NCBI GenBank assembly: GCA_044892505.1
Contig: CM097882.1
Location: forward strand, 326,802,001 to 326,866,000
DNA length: 64,000 nucleotides
Origin: Schmidtea nova
Taxonomy: Eukaryota
Direction: 5' to 3'
Shown piece after piece: positions 11,665 through 22,599 of this stretch. The notes beneath the pieces were generated by a model. It was not told the DNA's origin. It did not search any database and saw nothing but the letters and a program-made list of their open reading frames with translations. A program made the translations under genes and the position numbers. How positions within the stretch are numbered: the first letter of the stretch is position 1; every line of letters begins with the position of its first letter.

Positions 11665-14600
11665 TCAACTTTGATGCCATCTCTTCAGCCATTCTATCCG
11701 TCTCGGTCGTCTAGCATCCGGAAATTGTAGCTCAACCTGGTGTTCCGACAAAAATCTAACAATCTTATATGGTCCATCGTATTGTATGTCATTCTTATTC
11801 CTTCTGTGTGGCTCCCGTCGAACCAATACTTCCTCCCCCACTTCAAAAGAACGTTTACCTCTTCGATCGTTTTCTAAAATTCTCATTCTATCTGCCGCTA
11901 GCTTAGCATTCTGAACCACTTTCTCGTCAACTCTTTGGCCTTTGATCTCCGATCCTTGTCCATTGGCATGAAGTGACACTTTCCGTCCATACACAATCTC
12001 AAATGGAGAATATTTAGTTGCGCTTTGGAACGTCGCATTGATGCTGAATTCCACCCTTGGAAGTATCTCGCACCATTCATATCGCCTGTTGTTACTAAGA
12101 ATTGAAGTCACCAGTAGATCTCTCATCGTGCGAATTACTCTTTCTACCAATCCATTTGATTGATGTTGATATGGTGCTGAGAATTCTTTACGAATCCCTA
12201 AAACTTCGAATTTCTCTTTCATATATCTGCCTTCAAAATTTTTTCCTCTGTCTGAAAGAATACTTTCTGGCTTTCCATATTTATAAATCCAATTATGAAG
12301 TATAATCCGGAATATCGTCATTTCGTCTTGCTTCTCTGTCGCAGTTAGGCATACTAATTTACTGAACCGATCTATTATGACAATCACATATCTCTTTCCG
12401 GACCTTGTCTTTTCCATGTGTGCTACATCAACTACGATTTGTTCCAGAAACCCGTTACTTCCGCGTGGAATAAAAAGTTCTTTCGTTCTTCCTTGATCTA
12501 TTTTCCTTCTCGCACAAATACTACATTCTTTTACAACGTGTCTTACTGTTTCACACATCTTTGGCCAGAAAAAACTATTTTCCATGTAATGATAGACTTT
12601 TTTTCCCCCCACATGACATAATTCTTCATGAATCTTCTTAACCAGTTGTTTTTGATGGCTCTCTGGAACTGCTACTAAATCATTGGATTCTCTCTCTACG
12701 GTAATCAGGTCATCGTTGATCTTCAATCTGTCTTTGTGAGCATATAGGAAAGATTTCTTGAAAAAATCTTCTTCCTCATTCAAAAATTCATTGATATAAT
12801 TCCATGCTCCTTGAAACCCTTTGTCCTTCTTTTGTGGTGCCAGTTTTTTGTATCGAATTAATATATCGTACCCTAGCTCTCTCCTTCTTCGGCTCTTCGT
12901 GTTGTGTTTGACATTGTGCGCACAACATTCCTCCAATTCTCGACAATCCATCGGCATTCCCATGTTCTACTCCTTTCCGATACTGCAATTTAAAATTATA
13001 TTCTGATAAGTTCACCATCCATGTTTGGAATTGTGGACTTATCGCTTTCTTTGTTCGGTTCTCGCTATGAACTCCTTCCCATATAAGTATTGACGAAAAT
13101 AAGTAACAAACTCATGTAATGCCAGCAATTCCTTTCTGGTCACACAATACCCTTTTTTGTGTGCTGTGAGATGTCTCGACCCATACGCAATTACTACTTC
13201 TTCACCTTCCTCTGTGATTTGACTCAGAACGGCACCTACCGCTTCAAAGCAAGCATCCGTATCTAAGACAAATAACCTGTCCATCCTAGGATAATCCAGT
13301 ACAGGTGTTTTCATCAGGGCTTCTTTTAAATTCTCGAAACTTGTTTCACATTTTTGAGACCATTGTAAGGTCTTATCACACCCCGTTGTTGCTGCATATA
13401 GTGGTGCTGCCAGACGCGCATAATCTTTGACAAATCTTCGATAATAATTCGTCAGTCCCAAAAATGAGCGCAGTTGTTTCGCACATTTTGGTCTTGTAGC
13501 TTCCCTAATCACCCGTATCTTTTCTTCGTTAGTTTGAATACCGAACTCACTCACGGTATGCCCTAAAAATATTAACTTATCTTTGTAGATCTTACATTTC
13601 TCCGAATTTATCTTCACGCCAGTACTTCTGATTCTTTCAAAAACTTCTTTTAGCCGGCTGTCATGTTCCGATTTATCCTTCCCGTATATGAGGATGTCAT
13701 CTAAATATACCACCGCCCCATTAAAAAGAATACCTTATAACATAGTGTTCATGAATCTCTGAAATGTAGCTGGAGCTGTTGTCAATCCGAACGGTAATCG
13801 CTCAAAACATAACTGCCCGCTTTTCGTACTAAACGTGGTTTTCTCCTGTGACTCTGCTGCCAATGCCACTTGATAATATGCTTGACCCAGATCCAATGAT
13901 GAGAAAAACTTCGCTCCGGCCAAGCAATCCAGTAGCTGTGTGATATTCGGCATCGGAAAAGATTCCTTCTCTGTCAGACTATTTAGACTCCGATAATCCA
14001 CACACATTCTGATCGATCCGTCTTTCTTTCCTACTATGACTAATGGTGCGTTCCTTGGGCTCTGACATCGCCTGATCACCCTTGCTTCTACTAACTTTTG
14101 TATTAAGTCATCTACCTTCCGTTCCAGATGCATCGGTTGTCGTCGTGGATATTGCATCACAGGATTACCAGTCGTTTTAATTTTATGTACTACCGTCGTG
14201 GTATATCCTAAATCGAATTTGGTTGCCATAAATATTGAAGCAAAATCCGTGATTAATTTCTCGAGCTCGATATTTTCCTCTTTCAGCAAGTCTGTTTTCG
14301 CTTTTAATAGTCGGTCTTTGTCGTTGATGTTTGTCTTGATCTCATTGTCTTCAATACTTTTCACTTCCACCAGTTGTATGCCGAACGCTTTCATTGTATC
14401 TACTCCACCAATAAATCCTGGTCGAATATCCCTCATAACAACAATACATATGTTCCTCTGTTTTTGGTTCCATTTCGCCTCTACCATAGTACGTCCCAGT
14501 GGTCTTTTACTTCCTGGAAAAACGCCACAAATCGTCAAATCGCTTGCATCTAACCTCGGTTTTCCGATGTTTATCCATGTTTCTTCATTCATCACTGATA

Positions 14601-14691
14601 TTGATACCCCCGAATCCCATAACATTTCTACTTCAACCGTATTAATAACCATCTTACTCAATTCTCTTCCATCGCTCGTCTGATACTTCAT
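11665..14691 (-). pseudogene. pol: Pol (PR-RT-RH-IN) of Gypsy A, disrupted
   Basis: LWDSG protease, YLDD RT, LDTDA RNase H, HHCC-DDE integrase with GPY motif. In-frame TAA at ~13735, deletion/frameshift near 13039 and a further frameshift near 12960. Confidence 0.92.
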
Positions 14692-14723
14692 GCTTCTTCT
14701 CCTGTCATTTCGATTTTCTTCAT

Positions 14724-15941
14724 TTATATCTGCGATCCCATTGACGAAATGTGTGCGATTGGATCGTTGGCATTTTTTCTTACTTCTACTTCATGTGGTT
14801 GACACTCACTTCCGTATTCATCTCTAAAATCATAACTATTTATCTGCTGATCCTCCATTTCTTCGTGTATACATGATATCTTCTTGGCGTTGGTGTTGTA
14901 ACCTCGTCGTTCATTCAGAAGGTTACAATTTCTAAAATTGTGTCCGTTCTTCCCGCAAATCAAACATTTATCCTTTAAAGGGCATTCAAAACGCCTATGT
15001 CCTTCTTCTCCGCAACAAAAACATTGACCTGATTTGAGTTCGCATGGCCTTGGTTCTGGTAACCCCATATGTCTGTTGTAAAACCGTTTGGCTATATGTT
15101 TCAGAGATACAGTTGGCATCTTCTTTTCACCCGTCTGCTGTCCTTTCCATCTTTGGGACTCTGGTTGTTCATATCTTCCGTATTCCACTTTGTTTTCGAA
15201 ACTTCTGGGTTCTTTCCGTATATATGGTCTTTGCTTTCCTCTCTCCAATTCCTCTCGATTTCTTAGACCCTCTTTGAATTTTTCCGCATATGACATTGGT
15301 TTCACTGCCAAAATTTCTTCAGATCTGTCCTCTGTTTTCTCATAAAATTTTGCTAAATCATTTCTCTCTTTGTGATCCATCTTAGGTTTCGTCGTAAGTA
15401 CCTCTTTTAATCTTTTATCTCTCACTCTGTGCATAATAATCTCACTTACGATTTCTTCCTTTGACAATCCTGAATATAAAACTTCTTCCACGATTTTGAG
15501 AACTCGAATCTCGAAAGTAGCAAAACGTTCGTTGTCATCTTGTCTGATAGTTGAAAGATCCTTGATTTTATCTAATATTGACTTTATTATAGTGAATGTT
15601 TCTATAAACCATTCTCTAGCATCATCCTCTGATGTGTCTTCGGTTTTGAAATTCTTCCACAAGATTGACGCTTCTTCCGATAACAACAAATCAAAAGCTT
15701 CCGTCCGTTTTAGATCATTTCTTATAATCCACTCATCGATCGCTTTAATCCATTTTTCTGCTTCCTTAGCGCATCTTCCATCATATCTACGAATTTCAAC
15801 GTCTAAGATTTCTTGAGCCTTCTTTGGTAAAACATCTCTTGCTGATTTCTTATCTTGGCTACGTGTTTTAACTGCGTTAATTTCGGCGTGGTCGCCAGTA
15901 ACTATCTTAATATCTGACATCAAAAATAAACAATTGAACAA
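14724..15941 (-). CDS. gag: Gag of Gypsy A with two CCHC zinc knuckles
   Basis: 405-aa ORF with CFCCGEEGHRRFEC and CLICGKNGHNFRNC; the first ATG (MSDIKIVTGDHAE) lies inside the 5' LTR. Confidence 0.9.
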   Translation of the reverse strand: MFNCLFLMSDIKIVTGDHAEINAVKTRSQDKKSARDVLPKKAQEILDVEIRRYDGRCAKEAEKWIKAIDEWIIRNDLKRTEAFDLLLSEEASILWKNFKTEDTSEDDAREWFIETFTIIKSILDKIKDLSTIRQDDNERFATFEIRVLKIVEEVLYSGLSKEEIVSEIIMHRVRDKRLKEVLTTKPKMDHKERNDLAKFYEKTEDRSEEILAVKPMSYAEKFKEGLRNREELERGKQRPYIRKEPRSFENKVEYGRYEQPESQRWKGQQTGEKKMPTVSLKHIAKRFYNRHMGLPEPRPCELKSGQCFCCGEEGHRRFECPLKDKCLICGKNGHNFRNCNLLNERRGYNTNAKKISCIHEEMEDQQINSYDFRDEYGSECQPHEVEVRKNANDPIAHISSMGSQI

Positions 15942-16209
15942 TTGAAAAACTTAATATTTATTTTTAAAAACAACTCCTTCTTGTTGATTATTTAAACAAC
16001 TTGTTTTTTAATAATCATTACATTACTACTGTAAAGAGTATTATTATTATTTATTAGATATAATTATTAAAAATATCTTTATTAAAAAGATAATTGAAAA
16101 TATTAAAAAAGATATTAAAATAATTTAAAAAATATATCATTAAAATTATTTCAAAATCATTAAAATTACAATTTTTAAAACATAAGAAAATAAAGAAAAT
16201 CAAAAATAC

Positions 16210-16568
16210 TACTTACATTTCGATTTCTTTCGATTTCTAGTGTTTACATTTCTAGTGTTTACATTTTTAATGTTTTGATTTTTATTCTTTCCATTTTCTT
16301 TAGCTTCATTAGCTCTCACTTCGTTTCGATCATTCAAAGTTGACATATTCTAAAAATTTAATAAAATAAATTAAATTTTAAAGGAAAAAAACTTACCAAA
16401 TTTGTATTTATTGTCGATGTTGAAGCACGATTATTTGATGAGATATAAGATGTTTTAGCCTAAAAATATCATATAAATTAACAAAATGAAATATTAAAAA
16501 CTTACAAAGTTGACAGATTGATAGATGTTTTTGTTATTGTTGTTGTTGTTGTTGTTGGTGTTAGTATT
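16210..16568 (-). other. Three small spliced exons, low-complexity Asn/Thr/Ser-rich, within the Maverick span
   Basis: TTTTAG/TTAG acceptors and GTAAG donors bound exons 16568-16506 (63 nt), 16461-16398 (64 nt) and ~16349-16215; the first two join in frame (NTNTNNNN...QSVNF-AKTSYISSNN...). Upstream exon not found. Confidence 0.4.
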
Positions 16569-17082
16569 CTAAAATAAATTAAATTAAAAATCAAATAAAT
16601 AATTAAAAAATAAATGCTTATCATTTTGATATATATTTCAAGTTGGGTTATTGTAATAAGTGATTTAACCCAGATGTTGCCAAAACTATTTTATCCATTT
16701 AGCCATGTTGTCACTTCTTGCACTATCATAGAACTAAATACTGCAGTGTATACAAAATCAAGAATAAACAAAGAAGTTAACTGGTCAAGACTTGTAATTG
16801 TGATGTGCTAAACACATTATTATTATAGATATCTCTAAATAACTAGCGTATGCAAAATAAAAAAATATATAAGGAGCGTTCTTTTAAAAGGACGGTGGCA
16901 ACATTTGGGTTAAAATGAAAATCTTTTCTTTATATACCAATTATTACACAAACTATACAAATAAAAATAATTAACCAATGAAAATTGAATAATAAATACA
17001 CAAGCATGCACTTGAACAACAATAACACAATAATACATTTATTCAATATTTCAAATAATCTAACACTCCAAGTAAGCAGTTT

Positions 17083-17448
17083 TTAAATGCAGTCATTATT
17101 ATGATCGTAATATGGACATGATATATTGCTGGGAAAATTCTGATGTTCTTTCATTGAATATTTTACAATTCTTAATGATGGAAAATAAAATTTTAACATG
17201 TCTTCCTTTCTCTCATCAGTGACATAAAATATTGCATTTTTACGATCAGAACCAATAGGGCTTAAGATACACATTGGACAAAAGTAATTTTGACCGTTAT
17301 GTAGTTGGTCATGATAAAATTCATTTGCTGAAAACACCCAATCTAATGGTCTTAAAACATTATTTGTATTTATCATACATAATTCCTTAATAACAAATCC
17401 ACCAAATTCATTTTTAAAAATACTAATATCAATAAAATAACAATACAT
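17083..17448 (-). CDS. Maverick-associated nuclease-like (DEDD/RNase-H-fold-like) small protein
   Basis: FIDISIFKNEFGGFVIKELC resembles the xDxEGF...FxxKELA N-terminus often found in invertebrate Mavericks; position next to the protease fits. Confidence 0.5.
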   Translation of the reverse strand: MYCYFIDISIFKNEFGGFVIKELCMINTNNVLRPLDWVFSANEFYHDQLHNGQNYFCPMCILSPIGSDRKNAIFYVTDERKEDMLKFYFPSLRIVKYSMKEHQNFPSNISCPYYDHNNDCI

Positions 17449-17459
17449 TTTTACTAATA

Positions 17460-17800
17460 TATTTATTTAAAATCAATTTGTTTATACATATAATTTAACC
17501 AAACAAGACAATGTTGACCACAAGTTGATGTCAATGGATTTTGATGCCGATGTTTATTATACACAATTGGTTTACCTATTGTTTGCAGTTTACTAACTAA
17601 TAGAGCTGGATAATAAAATGTCATTGGTTCAAAAACGTGTATCTTGTTCGGTTTTACATAGACAGCAATCCAATGTTCCCCACCAAGAGTTGATGATTGA
17701 GTATTGACAACTAAGGAATTTTGTTTAATGAGAATACTCCAACAAACTTATTTCCTAATAATTGTTTTCCAATTCGATTAACCTGAATAGAACTAATTAA
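17460..17800 (-). pseudogene. Adenain-type cysteine protease of the Maverick
   Basis: Manual translation: LVVNTQSSTLGGEHWIAVYV (catalytic His) and HQNPLTSTCGQHCLVW (catalytic Cys); frameshifts and stops. Absent from the ORF track. Confidence 0.8.
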
Positions 17801-17911
17801 ATAAAATTAAATTGTAAATAAAAACTTACTTCATAACAAATTTGTTTACTTTTTCACTATATTTATAGTAATATTTGAACGTAGTTCAAACTAATATTAT
17901 TTGAACATAGT

Positions 17912-19130
17912 TCAAACTAATACAGTTCGATTAGCAGTTATTTGTATTTCGTTTTCAAAAGCTCCATGTATTATTACATGTACAGGTTCTTCAACAGGTT
18001 TAGAAAACTTTATATCTAATCGCAAATTACCGTTTTGTGGTAATTGACTTTGATTCAAATCAAAATCTGGTGCCAAAACAAATGTAAAGAATGGATATTT
18101 TGATTTAAAGTCATCAAGAGTTATACCACAATTCAAGTTTCGGTCTGAATATCCCATATTCCTAATTATACTTTGCATATATGTAGTACAGAAATTATTA
18201 TTTTCAAAATCATGAGTATGTTTCTCTAAAATCAGTATTTTTGGATAAAGATAATGAAGTAACATTAAAATGTTTTAACTTTGAACAAGAAGCTGTATAT
18301 GAACCATTGTATTGAGTTTCACTTTGAAAAGTAACAAGAATGAAATTTGGCATTCTTCTATCTCCAAAGATTTGTTCTTTGTAGAATGATGATGCTCCTT
18401 GACCAATGGCAAACTGAACAATTTCTTCAGTTTTCATAGGATAAATAGCATGTTTCGTGTTAAGACCAATTTAATGACCAGCTAATACCGATGATTCAAC
18501 ACGAACTCGACGAATCATTAATTTTGCATCTATTAATTGACATCTTGGTGATCCAATTTTAAAAAATAATTATAATGATGAATCAGATCTTTTCAATCTA
18601 ATGTGGACATTGACACCAGGAAGTAAATATTTCGGTTGATCAATAAAATCTAGTTGTAATGATGAACACATTGTGAAAGGTTTTGAGCTTTTAATCCAAG
18701 ATTTTCTCTTTTCAGATGTTCCATATCCCATTGGAGTAAGACATGTGAATTTAGTATCACTATTATAATTTAAAATAGTTTCAATTATTGCCTTGTGAGC
18801 TTATGTATTATTTCCTCCTTCAATCTTGATATTATTAAATCCAAGAATCGCGTCTTTAAAAAGAGTGTGAAACATAAAATTATTAGGTATTACATCATCA
18901 TTAACAGTTAAATCTTTAAAGTCACTACTTACAACTTTCACTTGAACAGATAATAAAGTATCATTCAAATCCAAATATTCAGTTTGTGAACCATTAATGT
19001 AAAATTCAACGTCATTCCTACTATCAGTGATTGAATTCATTGGAAATACTTCTTCAAAGGCCCCATATTCAATAACCTCTCGAGGCGAAGGCCGATCAAA
19101 AAGACATAATTCAGATTTACTACAAACCAT
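17912..19130 (-). pseudogene. Maverick major capsid protein (double jelly-roll), fragmented
   Basis: N-terminus CSKSELCLFDRP...VEFYINGSQTEYLDLNDTLLSVQVKV; middle RRMPNFILVTFQSETQYNGSY; C-terminus GNLRLDIKFSKPVEEPVHVIIHGAFENEIQI. All typical Maverick MCP motifs; broken by frameshifts. Confidence 0.88.
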
Positions 19131-19144
19131 ATTTCAAATATAGT

Positions 19145-19500
19145 TCCACATCCTTTCATTCGATTGTTTATATACCTTCTATGTTTTTACGTTTAGTTTC
19201 TGGTGCTTCCCATTCTGGTTCTGGTTCATTTGTGTTAAAAATGTTTGAAACCCTCGGTATCATATTTGCAACAGTTGGTAATGCTTTACTGATTTTAGAT
19301 AAAGCATTTGTTTTTAATGAAGGTAATATTTTTTGATCATACATGATAACATCTTTAGCCGTTTTTAAACCAAAGCTTCCAATACGTTTGAGAATTGGGA
19401 GTGCAAATTATCCAATAGTTCTTAACCAACCAGATCCATACTGTTTCCCAACAAAATATGGTATTTCCCCACCAATTTGTCCGTTACTGTACAGTGAAAT
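19145..19500 (-). pseudogene. Maverick core-like (PZ-type) protein remnant
   Basis: QIGGEIPYFVGKQYGSGWLRTIG*FALPILKRIG resembles the QxGxG...F...ALP motif of small core proteins encoded between mCP and MCP. Confidence 0.55.
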
Positions 19501-19510
19501 TATGTCCGGA

Positions 19511-19950
19511 TTAATCATCTAATTTACGAAAATGTAATGTCAAATGTGTTTTTGAATCTTTTGAAAAGTTGATAAGCTTTCCACTATGGTCATGAATATT
19601 TATCTCAATATTGTTTATACATGAAGTTGAAAGCGATAAATACATGGGATTATCAACAACAATTTGTACTACTTCATCTTGTTCATATTTATTAATCCAA
19701 ACTGATTTCAGTAAAAGAACTAAAGAATCACCGAAAATAATTGGTTCAATAATGTTACTGTAAATGAACATTTGTTGATGATGATTAAATAATTTGGCTT
19801 TGCAAATTCCTTAACTTCTCTATCTTGATATTTTTCATATTTTAATCCAAGTGTATTGATCAGTTTTTGATCAAATATAACTTCTTTAACTTCATCTTTC
19901 AGTTTAAATTTGAATACATTGTCAATAATTTCAACACTTTTAAATATATG
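19511..19950 (-). pseudogene. Maverick minor capsid (penton-like) protein
   Basis: FIYSNIIEPIIFGDSLVLLLK...NPMYLSL...NIEINIHDHSGKLINF...HLTLHFRK matches the mCP C-terminal pattern; upstream part is in another frame. Confidence 0.82.
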
Positions 19951-19989
19951 AGCTTAGAAAAAATTGACAAATAATTATATAAATCTTCA

Positions 19990-20605
19990 ACTTTTGTCAT
20001 GCTTGTGAGTCGGGAAACTGGGAACTGATTGAGTGTTTTTGGAAATTGTCGAGGAGTTCGCCTTTATCGGTTGTACCCAGTTGGTAGTGCAAAATATATG
20101 TTTATTATGATTTTGATGGCGGTATATATAGGAAGTTTTGTCTGTTGTTTTCGTTGATGCATGAAAACAAATTTTTCTAGAACGAATTTCCGGCTTTTCC
20201 AAAATTTAAATTTAATAAATTTACGTAAAATTAAATTATTATTTTTGTATAAAGTTTTAATAAATATTAAAATATTTTTATTTTATTTTTAACTCGATTT
20301 TTTCTAATTTAGTTTAATTTATTAAATTTTTATTTAAAACAATTTTCTTTCCTTTCACATGAGTTTTTAAAGTAAAAATCAAAATTTCCTTTCTAAAAAT
20401 ATTAATTTTATTTTCTAATTGCTGTTTTTATTTATTTATGTTCTTAACAAGTATGCTTCATGCGTTTTGTTTATATTTATTTCTAAACGTGTTTTATTTA
20501 TTTATTTCTGTGTTTTGTGATTACTATGTTTAAAATTACTTCTTGCGCGCTCTCTACGTGATGTGTTACCGCTTCATTTTAACAAATCTCAGTTTTTGCC
20601 CAACA
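19990..20605 (-). repeat. Partial inverted copy of the TGTTGGG LTR-like repeat
   Basis: Ends ...GCCCAACA at 20605; internal blocks (ATTTTGATGGCGGTATATATA, TTTTCGTTGATGCAT...AACAAATT) are shared with the 46.7 and 58 kb copies. Confidence 0.7.
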
Positions 20606-20879
20606 GTTTGAAGCAAATGTAGTTAAATTTTAAAATCAAATCAAATGATTAAAAAATCAAGAAAGTAATAGCTGCTTTGATTCAAAATTACAAGCGATTT
20701 AATAGCACTGGAAAATTCGCGTTTATAGAGAAAGACTTTAGCTATGAATTGAATAGTGATTAGTTTGATTGTTTGGTGATCCATATAAGTGATTGAGTGC
20801 ATGGAAGCGCGTCTAATGAAAAATTATGATTTATGTTTCATTTATAAATTAGACATGGAAGCTAAAATTGACTCTATGA

Positions 20880-21420
20880 TGTAACAAAGACAGAGATGAA
20901 CAGAAACCTAAAACAATTATCGATCCACCTTGATAAGATGGAAGAGGAGAGGAAACTCCTCTGGGACGAGCTCCGGACCATAAAAGAACACATGGTGAAA
21001 TTTTGCTTTCGGTGCCGAAAGATTGAAGTTACGTGGACAAACGTGGACGGCGCCAATAAATGAGAAAGCAAATAAAGTTGATGCAAGAGCAAGCAGCCAA
21101 AGATGCGCTCCAGATGCGGGCGTTAAAATAAACTATTTGGAATCACGACACCGAAATCGCGCAAATGAAGGTGGATACCAGCATTGTGTCGGCAATGTAA
21201 CCACCCAAATCTTGATTTCTTGCCTTGGAATTATTCTCAGTGCCGATAAATGAACCTACAGTCTCAACCCAACCAAATAGAAACCCAGCTGACGATCGCC
21301 CAAAGAAATGGCGACCAAGCAAAGAAGTGTGCGCTTGTCGGAAGCGCCGACAAGAAGCTCGACTCCATAGACAATTCCAAAGAGTCTTAGTGGAGACTAT
21401 TGACCTTTCAATTAATGAAT
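20880..21420 (+). pseudogene. Orphan coiled-coil/basic ORF remnant
   Basis: MNRNLKQLSIHLDKMEEERKLLWDELRTIKE... then RPKKWRPSKEVCACRKRRQEARLHRQ; GC-richer than flanks; no family recognised. Confidence 0.3.
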
Positions 21421-21769
21421 AAGACATGAAAACATTTTTTGTAAATTGATGTATAATTTTGCGTTCAATGTTTTTAAAATTTTAATTATATGTATTGTAT
21501 TTGCTTATTTTATTTGAAAGTCTGAATGAATTGATTGCATGTTGCCGAGATTGAGGAAACAGTAATGAAATAAGATTCGTGATTATTCGAAATATCAATT
21601 AGAGAATGGAACAATTTTCTTTAGAATTTTCTTTTAATTGCCATTTGTCTTAGTAAAAAATAGTATAGTTTATGGGATAAATTATCGTGATGTGATTTTT
21701 TATTTTAAATTGTCACTTAAAACTTTAACGAATATTCATAGAATAATTGCTAAATGACGGACTCAAATC

Positions 21770-22005
21770 GGCATTCAACCTTCTATCTGTAGCCCTTGAA
21801 CCCATTGTGATGTTCGATCAATCATAGTTTTGATTTTTTTCGACGCTCACTGTTTGCAGACATCCAGCAATTTGTTGTATTACCAACGTTACTTTGTGAT
21901 GGCAACAAAATGGTTTTAACTTATGTTTTATGTGTTGAGTTGTTGATGTGATCCCTAGCAACGCCATGGCCATATTGACGATCAACAACCCACCAGAAAT
22001 ATCGT
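21770..22005 (-). repeat. Dispersed ~230-bp 'VDRQYD' block, copy 1 (others at 31378-31605 and 55978-56200)
   Basis: GGCATT(C/A)AACCTTCTATC...GAC(G/T)ATCAACAACCC aligns by eye across the three copies. Confidence 0.8.
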
Positions 22006-22599
22006 AAAAATAATAGATATAAGAATAGAAAATAGAATTAAATTAAATTTGATAGTTTTATTCAATCAATTATTGCACAAAAACAGTGAATACACGCATC
22101 ATTTAATGGCATTAAAAGCTAATATTTTATTTTTAAATGCAGTGAAAGGAAAATGCTTGCATATGGATATCATAGTCATTATGTCCAAAAGGTAGTAATT
22201 GAATTCAGCAAATTCCGATATTTAAGATATATTTATGATACCATGGATCATTATGAGATCGAAGTTCAGTAAAAATCTCTAATTTAAAATCGGATGATTG
22301 GCAAAATCAAAATATTTAGTGCAATTTTATTAAAATTACAAGTAACTGTTACCAGGTCAAATTTTTCACATTATGCGCATTGAATGATCAGCTCATCCGG
22401 TGCGAAAATGGCAAGATCTGAATTAGCAATAATAATCAAAATCGAAAATTGTGTCGTCAACATTCATTACCTATTTCTTTTTTTTATTAAGATAAAATCG
22501 ATTTTGCTAAGAAAATGCTTGGGTTAGATCCTATATTCGAAACCAAGCTACTTAGTTGAAATTACCATTCGTCAAATCTTCAATTAGCCCACGATCAGA

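Larger units (their letters stand above)
11525..16027 (-). mobile_element. Full-length Gypsy LTR retrotransposon A (4503 bp, defective pol), inserted in the Maverick
   Basis: 131-bp LTRs at 11525-11655 and 15897-16027 (one mismatch seen), termini AGT...ACT, 5-bp TSD ACTGT (11520-11524, 16028-16032), PBS TGGCGACCACG, PPT GAGGAGGGGAA next to the 3' LTR. Confidence 0.95.
10171..19950 (-). mobile_element. Decayed Maverick/Polinton (adintovirus-like) element
   Basis: Co-oriented minor capsid, core-like, major capsid, cysteine protease, nuclease-like and pPolB remnants. No integrase, packaging ATPase or TIRs recognised. Confidence 0.8.

Noticed and set aside
11665-11700. env or chromodomain after integrase in Gypsy A/B
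   Set aside because: Pol stops within ~15 nt of the 3' LTR; no room for an additional ORF.
14198-15816. Antisense ORFs overlapping Gypsy gag/pol (also within 31991-36319 and 49226-53493)
   Set aside because: Expected shadows of A-rich retroelement coding strands; not conserved between the related elements A and B.
1822-20605. TGTTGGG copies acting as Maverick TIRs and enclosing MCM10 as cargo
   Set aside because: No 6-bp TSD (ATATTT vs GTTTGA), the left copy is truncated and nested in another transposon, and the termini are unlike typical Maverick ends.
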